The notes beneath the pieces were generated by a model that was given only the letters and a program-made list of their open reading frames with translations, did not search any database and was not told where the DNA came from. Positions 36,901-43,021 of a stretch of DNA of 43,021 bases are shown here, piece by piece (position 1 is the first letter of the stretch; every line of letters begins with the position of its first letter). The stretch is from Phoronis australis (lineage: Eukaryota; Animalia; Phoronida). The DNA lies in NCBI GenBank assembly GCA_002633005.1, contig NMRA01000840.1:78196-121216 (forward strand), in the 5' to 3' direction. A program made the position numbers and the translations under genes.

Positions 36901-39500
36901 CTACCTTTCTCCAATCTCCTCGGCTTTGACACTTCCTGCTGTGTCAGAATCCCAGTGTCGGAGGTCGTGAGCTTTTAAGAAACGCCGACTTATTCTTTTT
37001 AAAATGATGCTTTTACTCAAAACCAATTGAAATTTTAAATAAAATAGAAATAAATTGATCCTATAAAATAATTTTATAGCAACTAGTCTAGTTTCCTGAA
37101 CATCTTATCGTGTAAGCTTCCACCGTGAAAATATCGTCTACAAAAGTATTAATTTTCGAAATACGTCGGCGTTCGTCGGCGTCTTGTCCAGCGGTGAACA
37201 TGTAACTGAAGCAACTGGTAAAGTCCCCGCCTAATAATCTCATCAGCAGCAGAGATTTCTAACGGACACCAGTCACCAGTTTGCAATGAATCGCCGGGTA
37301 TTGGGCTGTATGGGTCTCCGATACACGCCAGGTTTCCAAGTATGCGGGATTGTATATTAACCTCCCTCTTTTTATCAATCATAATTTGCGGGCATTGCTC
37401 ATTGGCCTGGTGAAGGCAGCGGACTTCGACCGACGGGGGGAGGGCGTGTTCGATTCCTGCTTGAATGCAAGACTATAACAGAAGCTACATGTATACAGCG
37501 AATACAGTATATTTTGTAACAGACGACTGCTGAACTACATTTGCCAGTTTTACGGGAATTTAATCAGTAAACGTCACTTTCGCGCACATGTAAATGTTAT
37601 CTTCTTTAAGTTATGTATCAACATCAATGGCTTTATTAGTCTTGTTTTAACATGTCCATGTGGCTGTGCACCCCGTCATGACCTGTTGTAATAGAAAAAT
37701 CTGCCTATTTTTGAAGGTTAAAATATGTTTATTCAAAATGTCCACAAAACGTTTTAAATGAATTTAAGCCTTGAGCTTCATTTGCACTCCTTTTTTCGCG
37801 TAATGCATGAAACGTAATTTAACCGTGTCCTATTAGGAACAAGAGGTGACTTGCTAGAAGTCACGTTCTCCAGATTACCCTAAGTTAGCGTCTCGTTCAC
37901 AAATCTTGAAGCCACAGTAAAGCGTTGTTCGTGAGATATGGAGTGAATGACTAACTGTAAGCATCATTTTTCCACCCTAAGGTGGCTTTATCGTTACCAC
38001 AACGTCACATGACAGTTCTTTTTCATAGTTTTGCGGTTTTCAGTGTGAAGATTTTGCTGTTATGTAACACAGTAGTGTATGAATTCCAAAAAAAAACATT
38101 TAAAAATCAAATTGTAAAGCCAAACTCATTATCTCCGAACCATACGTATTTACGAACGTCTAGGTTTCCACACAGCTAGGTTGCCCGCACATGTACACGA
38201 CGCAAACACTTCTACATAATTTGTTTGACATTCAAACTCAACAATGCGTGACTTTTAAAACAAAATATTCGATTTTCGAATAACTTAAAAGGAACATTTT
38301 GGTGCAAATTGGCTATAAAATGGGTATTACTAAAGGTGATAACAGTGCATTGGTCTGTTCAATTCTAACTTGGTAAAGGTGTCACAATCAGCGTGGATAA
38401 CGAACATACAGAATTTGTCAGGTTTCATAGCAGATATGCTTTTGGCGTTATGCATTCATATGCGAGATATCATGGAGAGCCATGAAAATAAGTCACTATT
38501 GACAATGGCATTTGCATACTCGCTTTCAACAATAAACGGCTAATTTGTTTGAGGCACCACAACTACACGACCCGACAAAATGTCAGAAACATTGGCATCC
38601 AAACGCCGCAAGGCTGATGTACATGTACATGAACATGTATGTAACAAAACTCAATGGATGTTCACAAAGTCGTCAAGTGATCCCAGTTCTAAACTGTAAA
38701 CAACAAAACAAGACCATTTTTCAACTGTAAGGAGTGAAAACGGTTTTTAACAGAAAGCACGGCTTTAATGCCGCGTGACGTAGAACAGTTGGATACCATT
38801 TGGAGTTCGGGAAATATAGTTCTGAACCATCTCAGTGAATTAAGGTTACGGTGTATGTTGATGCGCATTATCCAAATATCTACGCGACTACATGTACAAC
38901 TGTACAGATTTAAACTCAGCAACGTATTCTTTCTTCGAAACTGGAAAACCTTTAGACTTTGACTTTGCCTTTCTGAGCAATACGACTCATCAACTAGGTC
39001 TCAAGACAGGTCTTTAAGAAAAAATTAACGAAAAGATTTGTATGACAAAACAGGCAAGTGTCAATAAAAGAATGAAATTTCCCTTTTATTTATTAAGACT
39101 ATACATGTACGTACTGAGCTCTCAAAAATCCGTTATAATTTTCTAAAACATTGTTTTGTTTTTACTTTATGCAAAATCTGCAGTTTTTACTTGAAATTCA
39201 TAAAGAATCCTTAGTAGCACTTCATGTCGAAGGGGCTAAATTTAAAATCCTATCATCGTTTTGTAGAGCAGTGCCTAAAGCCTGACATTTGAAAGTTTCA
39301 TTTCGATCCGACCATATCCGAAGTTCGCCAAATTTACAAAATTTTCAAGTGCCCTACACCTGTACATAACCTTAAGGAAACATTTAAGCAAAAAGTTTAC
39401 CTTCACCACGTGGCTTTAGGACGTGCGATATGTACGTGGCGCATGATGGCGCTAGTGTCAACACGAGCAACAATAGTGGATAAGGAACAGCTCGGTACAT
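3634..39500 (-). CDS. Spliced gene (17 coding exons, 801 aa): secreted MIG-17-like ADAM/ADAMTS (reprolysin M12B) family protein, predicted catalytically inactive, with PLAC-like x2, Sushi and mucin-like C-terminal regions
   Basis: join on minus: 39401-39500, 29536-29729, 29233-29322, 28892-29057, 21258-21384, 19410-19503, 18783-18860, 18113-18273, 13360-13506, 12835-13005, 11776-11920, 11164-11283, 9457-9508, 7757-7900, 6091-6192, 4600-4776, 3634-3971. All introns are GT-AG and phases match; total 2406 nt with no internal stop. Family motifs: FYQD, RQKR|A, IELFMAVD, YDYGVLNTG, FSSCS, PGQQY...QC...YG, ADGTTCG..KWC..GYC, CCxTC. Confidence 0.88.
3784..3948 (-). repeat. Coding 15-bp minisatellite (PPTTQ)x11
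   Basis: Plus-strand units such as ttgcgttgtcggagg, with variation only at synonymous positions. Confidence 0.95.
4600..4776 (-). CDS. Coding exon 16: Sushi/CCP domain
   Basis: ttgttgtag|TC FDCEPLSAPVNGIVSYFNASTSFGSQATYSCYDGFELQGIKNVRCLINGTWESTATPQ T|gtacgt; classic CCP consensus, 177 nt, phase 1-1. Confidence 0.9.
6091..6192 (-). CDS. Coding exon 15: PLAC-like six-cysteine module 2
   Basis: ctacttccag|AT CEYGDKVDCSGYTPSNVCRLASYRKRCCFTCRQ T|gtaagt. Confidence 0.88.
6833..6965. repeat. Alternating purine-pyrimidine minisatellite, unit about 20 bp (ATGTATACATGTACACGTAC)
   Basis: About 6 copies read directly from the sequence. Confidence 0.92.
7064..7247. mobile_element. Possible small MITE/foldback
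   Basis: Perfect 13-bp inverted ends TTAAAATAAACAA/TTGTTTATTTTAA, with degenerate extension to AATTCC/GGAATT. Confidence 0.4.
7757..7900 (-). CDS. Coding exon 14: PLAC-like six-cysteine module 1
   Basis: tttgtttcag|AC TCPSGDRPGRISKDYDKKCSDIGRWECYTKKVRAKCCGTCVSHENLP G|gtacgg. Confidence 0.88.
9457..9508 (-). CDS. Coding exon 13: end of Cys-rich module
   Basis: gtatgttttag|WCLRGYCVYDERAPKAS G|gtaagt; completes the DGTxCG..KWCxxGxCV motif. Confidence 0.9.
9720..10326. repeat. 303-bp tandem duplication around a single N (10023); probable assembly artefact
   Basis: 9720-10022 and 10024-10326 differ at only about 2 positions. Confidence 0.88.
11164..11283 (-). CDS. Coding exon 12: disintegrin-like/Cys-rich module
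   Basis: attttag|GSSTDAMMCYRMYCYSPARTYCLQEHQLVAADGTTCGNKK|gtactt. Confidence 0.92.
11482..11549. repeat. 15-bp AT-rich tandem repeat (ATAATAATTACTGAC-like)
   Basis: 4-5 degenerate copies. Confidence 0.75.
11776..11920 (-). CDS. Coding exon 11: end of M12B and start of ADAMTS-type disintegrin-like module
   Basis: ttttattgcag|A DRINCMLKTSTVFNETEFQNYLSVMPGQQYTIHQQCKQVYGEQSYFCG|gtagga. Confidence 0.92.
12835..13005 (-). CDS. Coding exon 10: second half of degenerate zinc motif, Met-turn region, FSSCS
   Basis: ctttttgcag|C LGARVDNLGTNGCDPSKQFILGRYLPDPYNLATRNNTYRFSSCSISAMASYVASLN AG|gtaaat. Confidence 0.9.
13360..13506 (-). CDS. Coding exon 9: M12B domain, first half of degenerate zinc motif
   Basis: ctttttcag|G YELLLGSLGTYSPDSVCKSY...SYEPGAFGSTAFLAQGLAF GG|gtagga. 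Confidence 0.88.
13895..15090 (-). repeat. Inverted, interrupted copy of the 32855-33452 repeat
   Basis: The reverse complement of 13895-14115 aligns to 33230-33452 (GCACTACT..TTTTGGGAGCTCT, CTTGTTACCCTA, GAAGTTGGC). The reverse complement of 14930-15090 aligns to the tandem unit. Confidence 0.65.
16607..16740 (+). mobile_element. Short MITE (about 130 bp), copy 1
   Basis: TIR TCAGTAACGCTAGGACCT ... AGGTCCTAGCGTCTACTGA; homologous inverted copy at 28469-28590. Confidence 0.75.
16741..16925 (+). mobile_element. Terminus of a CAGTGGCGGATCTA-type MITE
   Basis: CAGTGGCGGATCTAGG followed by a G-run. The same terminus occurs inverted at about 2753-2768 (CTTAGATCCGCCACTG). Full extent not resolved. 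Confidence 0.5.
16995..17059 (-). other. tRNA-derived (SINE-head-like) sequence
   Basis: A-box-like TGGTGTAGTGG and B-box-like GTTCGAGTC at tRNA spacing; no clean cloverleaf. Confidence 0.5.
18113..18273 (-). CDS. Coding exon 8: M12B domain
   Basis: ctcctacag|TALASPFTEN...LAAFKKW...IPKYDYGVLNT GG|gtgagt; resembles the reprolysin 'L..F..W...DHA.L.TG' segment. Confidence 0.9.
18783..18860 (-). CDS. Coding exon 7: M12B domain
   Basis: ttaatttcag|LDIRFQSIKHARYSFRVQLSFIYVAQ|gtagga; 78 nt, phase 0-0. Confidence 0.85.
19410..19503 (-). CDS. Coding exon 6: M12B domain
   Basis: gttttag|G FLADASGSTSEEKQKNALSDIKYYMCHLSNG|gtaagc. Confidence 0.88.
19800..20640 (-). mobile_element. Degenerate LINE fragment (RT C-terminal region)
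   Basis: FLGITVDINFS..HINLISNKL...KLKSYLPLRALKLICNSLVLPHLNYGI, with frameshifts and a gap; boundaries approximate. Confidence 0.7.
21258..21384 (-). CDS. Coding exon 5: furin site RQKR and start of M12B domain
   Basis: gttgttacag|..SSHSRQKRATPQLNTIELFMAVDFALYS AG|gtatct; IELxxxVD is the typical reprolysin first strand. Confidence 0.9.
21584..26313 (-). mobile_element. Sola3-like DNA transposon (about 4.7 kb, decayed) in intron 4
   Basis: TTAA at both flanks (21580-21583, 26314-26317). Imperfect TIRs: GAGCAATTCCATATAAAAACCAGATG versus reverse complement GAATGATTCCATATAAAAACCATATG. Contains a transposase pseudogene. TTAA TSD plus GAG terminus is characteristic of Sola3 (superfamily assigned from recall). 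Confidence 0.75.
23402..25553 (-). pseudogene. Transposase pseudogene (Sola3-like), with frameshifts, stops, an intron and an internal deletion
   Basis: SELQLILARAG..HRHEFGLGF..CC..H, then MDFAMKFIPISFREAQSDWFGKK/MSWH, intron 24577-25057, SDNANCYH, DFSESQKGKDICDR, stop at 24202-24204, C2H2-like CTHYGCSKSF..HLDVGAH, and ALKSTRKAVRFSE...QIAGFFSR. Confidence 0.85.
28176..28285 (+). pseudogene. THAP-domain N-terminal fossil (likely transposon-derived)
   Basis: MPQCCCVPGCS.., then a stop/frameshift and RWVKA; matches the THAP start MPxxCCVPGC...W. Confidence 0.45.
28469..28590 (-). mobile_element. Short MITE, copy 2 (inverted relative to copy 1)
   Basis: TCAGTAACACTAGGACC ... CTCACGTAATCTCGCGAAGTCTTGCTTTTCAGAGAGGTCCTAGCGTTACTGA is a near reverse complement of 16607-16660. 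Confidence 0.75.
28892..29057 (-). CDS. Coding exon 4: prodomain with internal RHKR site
   Basis: cgttacag|EGTMFYGGDEYLVQPASDEQIRHKRSLKE...YHIMVKMKKREDRVHDY G|gtgagg. Confidence 0.87.
29233..29322 (-). CDS. Coding exon 3: prodomain (FYQD motif)
   Basis: ttttatagcag|DVKFYQDVQNGAAMSIRKSVDNKGQVIRSV|gtaagt; 90 nt, phase 0-0; not in the ORF track. Confidence 0.85.
29536..29729 (-). CDS. Coding exon 2: prodomain
   Basis: ctgttttcag|GC TAT GAG; YELIGFAKDD...VNLKLTRTVNVGSHVPVFTSADGVDKRKRMDIPDFG|gtaatc. Confidence 0.85.
30546..32851. mobile_element. Putative non-autonomous DNA transposon with internal GTAGTGTACGTAC motif array
   Basis: Termini GGGCAATTCAC ... GTGATTTGCCC (10/11 inverted match); flanks GTCA/GTAA (possible 4-bp TSD); about 8 motif copies at 31410-32667; no ORF. 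Confidence 0.45.
32855..33452 (+). repeat. Dispersed repeat with an internal tandem unit of about 165 bp
   Basis: AAGCACT..GATTTC..GCAT..GAAATTGCCCGCATGTCTTACGA occurs twice about 165 bp apart. Homologous segments lie at 13895-14115 and 14930-15090 (inverted) and about 41900-42005 (direct). Confidence 0.7.
33459..34638. mobile_element. MITE/non-autonomous DNA transposon with imperfect TIRs
   Basis: Left AATAGGCCTTTTGCGAGTTT...ACTGTGACGTCACGGGAAGTGGGGCAAAA. Right (reverse complement) AATAGCTCACTTTGCGAGTTT...ACTGTGACGTCACCGGAAAGGGGGCAAAA. Confidence 0.65.
35504..36767 (+). mobile_element. 5'-truncated non-LTR retrotransposon (CR1/L2-like RT C-terminus and 3' UTR) with 14-bp TSD
   Basis: HRHRGILLDEKLSFTPHV / LFKSFILPHIDYWDIIY / LEKLQYQAALLITGA / WNSLP / CRCG..H..FKCP, with frameshifts. 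Ends in AATAAA and an A-run. TSD AATGGTACATGTAC at 35490-35503 and 36768-36781. Confidence 0.88.
37395..37462 (+). other. Degenerate tRNA-derived (SINE-head-like) sequence
   Basis: TGGCCTGGTGAAGG ... GTTCGATTCC box pair. Confidence 0.35.
39401..39500 (-). CDS. Coding exon 1: start codon and signal peptide
   Basis: ttattctag|AAGG ATG: MYRAVPYPLLLLVLTLAPSCATYISHVLKPRGE, with a hydrophobic core then small residues. Donor G|gtaaac is phase 1 and matches exon 2. An acceptor 4 nt before the ATG implies an upstream non-coding exon. Confidence 0.75.
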
Positions 39501-41440
39501 CCTTCTAGAATAAATCTATTGCTGCACTCGTTCGGTATTTCTAAAGCGGGATGACTGCAACCCTTCCCTTGAAAAGGCGCTGTCTAATCTGTCGCTGATC
39601 CAGTGAAAGCAGTTTTAATATGACCATGCGCTAGCGATTTTGCCGTTAAATATTCAAATGAATTCCCAACGCCCCGGGGGAACTTTCAGAGAAAAGATAT
39701 GAGGGAAATGCGACGCACGGGAGTGACTTTCTCATGACATTTTCTTACGTAAGGCTGTCTTTGACAAAATTCCCTCCGAAAGAGGGCATTTCTGACACCA
39801 AATGTAATTCGCTAGGAAAGGTTGGCTTTTTGATTTGTACTTCCCTGTAAAATAGTACTTTTGGGATTCAAGCTCTAAACAAGTTCCAATAACAAATAAA
39901 CAAATCTACATATGATTTTAGCCCTCATTTGTGTTAATTTTAAAAATGGGGTTGCAATACATGTAAATGTAAACCTTCTCAACTTTGACCACATGATATC
40001 ACTTACAAAACTGAAGTGTCATTTAACCGGTGCTTCCTATCAAAAATTCAAGGTTTGGTTTAGACCATTTATCGTTATAAACATTGTCTTAAACCTTACC
40101 TAATCAGTCAAAAAAGTGGGGTATCTCAGATTGCAAAGAATTAACAACCGTTAGTTCTTGAGGTCAAGCTCCTCCATTTTTAGGTCAAGCTATGAACTGA
40201 AACGTTACGATCGTGATCTCAAGAGACAGCAAACTGTTTAGTCCAAAAATTTGACATAGTTTTCCTAAATCACTATTATAGACCACTTTCATAATGGTAC
40301 ATGTAGATAGCCTGTATTAAAATCTGATTGTTTAATGCTGCTTTGAGAACAGGTCAAAATCCAACTGTTCAAGACTATACGAAACTTGACCCGTTCCACG
40401 CACCTTTAGTTTAACATCAGTAGACATGTATATGTAGAAGAACCGATGTTGCTAGGAAGCCTGTCTATCAGGAACGCTGACTTAAGTTTCTTTTTTAAAA
40501 GAAACATTCGAATCCTCGTCGACGATAGGCCTGTTTGTAATGCTACATGGATACACACGACCGTTGAAACGTTTAATATCGGACTAGATTGATATTAGGA
40601 ATTTGCCTCGATTTGAATCCAAAGGTGTTTTTGTAAGTATTCTCAGTATCGAAAATCCAATTTACAGTAGTGTAGTGTAGGTGAAATAAACACTCAAAAT
40701 GATGCTTGTCACATTTCATTTAATCTACTCACTGTGTCAGAAGTACAGTCGTGACACCCCCCAGAAAGAAACATCTGACTAATTGTTTTGTCTCATAATT
40801 TCCAGGCTACCCGAACAACATGGCTCACGCACTTGAGATCATTCCTTCTCACCATATGAAGACGGTTCTTGGACTTCCACTCTTAAAAAAATCAACCTGC
40901 TAACTCAAAAATACGCGGCTAATGAACAAGAAGGTTTCAGTCTGTGATCTGAGTTAGCAGGATCTTGAGCCGTGTTTCTACAATGTACATGTAAGTGGCG
41001 AACGATGTTTGTAAGCGCATAAATGTATGCCGTGTTGTTCGGGTAGCCTATTTGTCACACGGACCCTCTCAAATTACATGTCCGTGGCCAACCTGCGCGA
41101 GAATGTATAGAGTGGCGATAGATGGTATCGAAGTGAGGGTCATTACAGATTAATAAAGCGCAGCCCCGTGTACAGCATTGCGCTGGAGGGTGGTTGGATT
41201 TTCTAGAAACGTGAACTTTGCAAACGTCGGCACTGTAGAATTTTCAACAAGGCCCTTGACGCGGCTTAATTGGGGGGNNNNNNNNNNNNNNNNNNNNNNN
41301 NNNNNNNNNNNNNNNNNNNNNNNNNNNNNNNNNNNNNNNNNNNNNNNNNNNNNNNNNNNNNNNNNNNNNNNNNNNNNNNNNNNNNNNNNNNNNNNNNNNN
41401 NNNNNNNNNNNNNNNNNNNNNNNNNNNNNNNNNNNNNNNN

Positions 41441-41780
41441 ATGACTCTAAGCTCTATGTTCCTGAAATGAGGGTGCCGTGATTGTTGCTGACAGGCAACG
41501 GGACTCAAATTCGGATGTAATGTGGTACAAACAGAGAAAGTTCTCGCGTTTCCTCTTGCCAAACACTCAAATCAAGCTTGCACACAGCAATCAAGAATTA
41601 AACTTCATTACATAGTAGCACGGATATATTAAGTCGGAGAAGGACTTCACGAAATTTTTCATCTGATTGTATTTAGGTGATACTTAAGTTGCTTACATCG
41701 CTGGAAATGGGAACAACTCACTATTCCTAAGGCTCACTACTCCAAATATATATAAAATTTCGGACTCCGGTCTAATTTCT
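41441..41780 (+). mobile_element. Highly decayed LINE reverse-transcriptase fragment
   Basis: (D)DSKLY immediately after the gap (YADD-motif tail), followed in another frame by QRDSNS..MW and later EKD; multiple stops. Confidence 0.4.
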
Positions 41781-43021
41781 ACACCTTTACGTGCAAAAAT
41801 GAACGACACTTCGCTTATTAGAAACACTGAGTGGGGACAGGTATCTATACCGAAAACAACGCCAGCACTTTGTTGTGATCTCGCTTGCATGTCAGGCGTG
41901 TCAAACGAATACCGATAATGAGTACGTACTTGAATTTATAAAAGAAAATGAAGTAGGGATATTGATAAATTATCAACCACGATACATTCATCAAATCCAT
42001 GACAAGAGTGCCTCATTTCACACCAATGATCCTACACCTATACGTTTGACATGCTATAGAGCACATATCAGACAACGTTAACTGATCGTAGCTCATGCTT
42101 GTGTGAAAATCTTATTAATATTGTGTATCCGTAGTTAGTAGACGTAGTTTTACATTTTACTTGATATGGTACATTATATTTAGGAGGTCCAAAAACCTTT
42201 GAAAATTGTGTGCATAGTTTGGTAGTTTTTAGTCACCATAAATACATGTAAGGCCCTGGGCTGTCGCAAAACTGAAGAATGTACGTGGCGTATGGCAAAA
42301 GTTGCGCATGTATCACAAATTATCAATTACATTCCTTCAACCTTTACTAAAAAGTTATTCACTTCCCCCTGAGAAGAAATTTCCAGAAAAAATGACCCAA
42401 TTCATGGTTTTTGAAAGAAGTACGAAGAAAAGCTTGTATGGTAACCACCTATACCTGCCTACATGTATCTTCCTTTCACTTATTATAAATGCGCGCATGC
42501 GCTCAGTCATTCGACAAACGAACAGCTGATTCAGTGTCGAGAGTGTTGTTGAGTGAATACTTTGCCTCCCAATGTGCTTATACCTCGTGTCGTGTATTTT
42601 GTGCCTACCTCTACGATTCTTCATGATTGGACCATTACTTGAGATTTGATCATGCTGATCTGCAGTGGACTATTATTCATTTACACTACGTGTCAGAGAA
42701 CGGTGCTGCGCTAATAATCGTTGACTGGACGCAGTTTTGCAAGACGATACGAGACAAGATGTCGGACAGTGGAAAGCTGGGAAAGAAAACGGGTCGTTCG
42801 TCTAAGCTAACCGACTCAGTTAGAAAGAAAAGAAGGCAAGTCTTGCAGCTGAAAGTTAATAAACGACGCATTTATCTGGGTACAGAGCACTGCCGCTGGG
42901 AATCTCTTATAGAAGTGAGCTATCCGTCACTAATTCCGAGCTGGCCAAACGATAGCTTGATCATGCGTACGGTAAGTACTTGTTCGGTCCTGCATACTTC
43001 GGTAGTTATCGGGACATTGCG

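Noticed and set aside
36905-36971. Exon-like segment LTTSDTGILTQQEVSKPRRLEK with a donor
   Set aside because: Available acceptors give lengths of 31, 34 or 67 nt, incompatible with phase 1-1 inclusion. Exon 1 joins exon 2 in frame without it.
40733-40860. Candidate non-coding first exon (donor gtgagt at 40732)
   Set aside because: Only a donor-like motif; no independent promoter or transcript support.
1-43021. CRISPR arrays, rRNA, operons or prokaryotic systems
   Set aside because: No regularly spaced repeat-spacer array or dense ORFs; the window is spliceosomal animal DNA.

Overview
This is AT-rich, intron- and repeat-rich animal genomic DNA with assembly gaps. It is probably from a marine invertebrate (lophotrochozoan-like), inferred from the gene family, the TE types and strong TACATGTA enrichment. 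I assembled one large minus-strand gene by hand: 17 coding exons, all GT-AG with matching phases, spanning 39500->3634 and giving a 2406-nt CDS of 801 aa. Its architecture is signal peptide, prodomain with furin sites, reprolysin (M12B) domain, ADAMTS-type disintegrin-like/Cys-rich module, two PLAC-like modules, Sushi/CCP, (PPTTQ)x11 mucin stalk and a short two-Cys tail. This is a MIG-17-like ADAMTS relative with no TSP1 repeats. The key observation is that the reading frame is intact but the zinc motif HExxHxxGxxHD reads QGLAFGLGARVD and the Met-turn Met is Leu, so the product is a predicted secreted pseudo-protease. The introns contain a TTAA-flanked Sola3-like DNA transposon with a decayed, intron-containing transposase. 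They also hold LINE fragments (one with a 14-bp TSD), several MITEs and dispersed repeats, THAP-domain fossils and tRNA-derived SINE-like heads. Two tandem duplications across single Ns are probably assembly artefacts.
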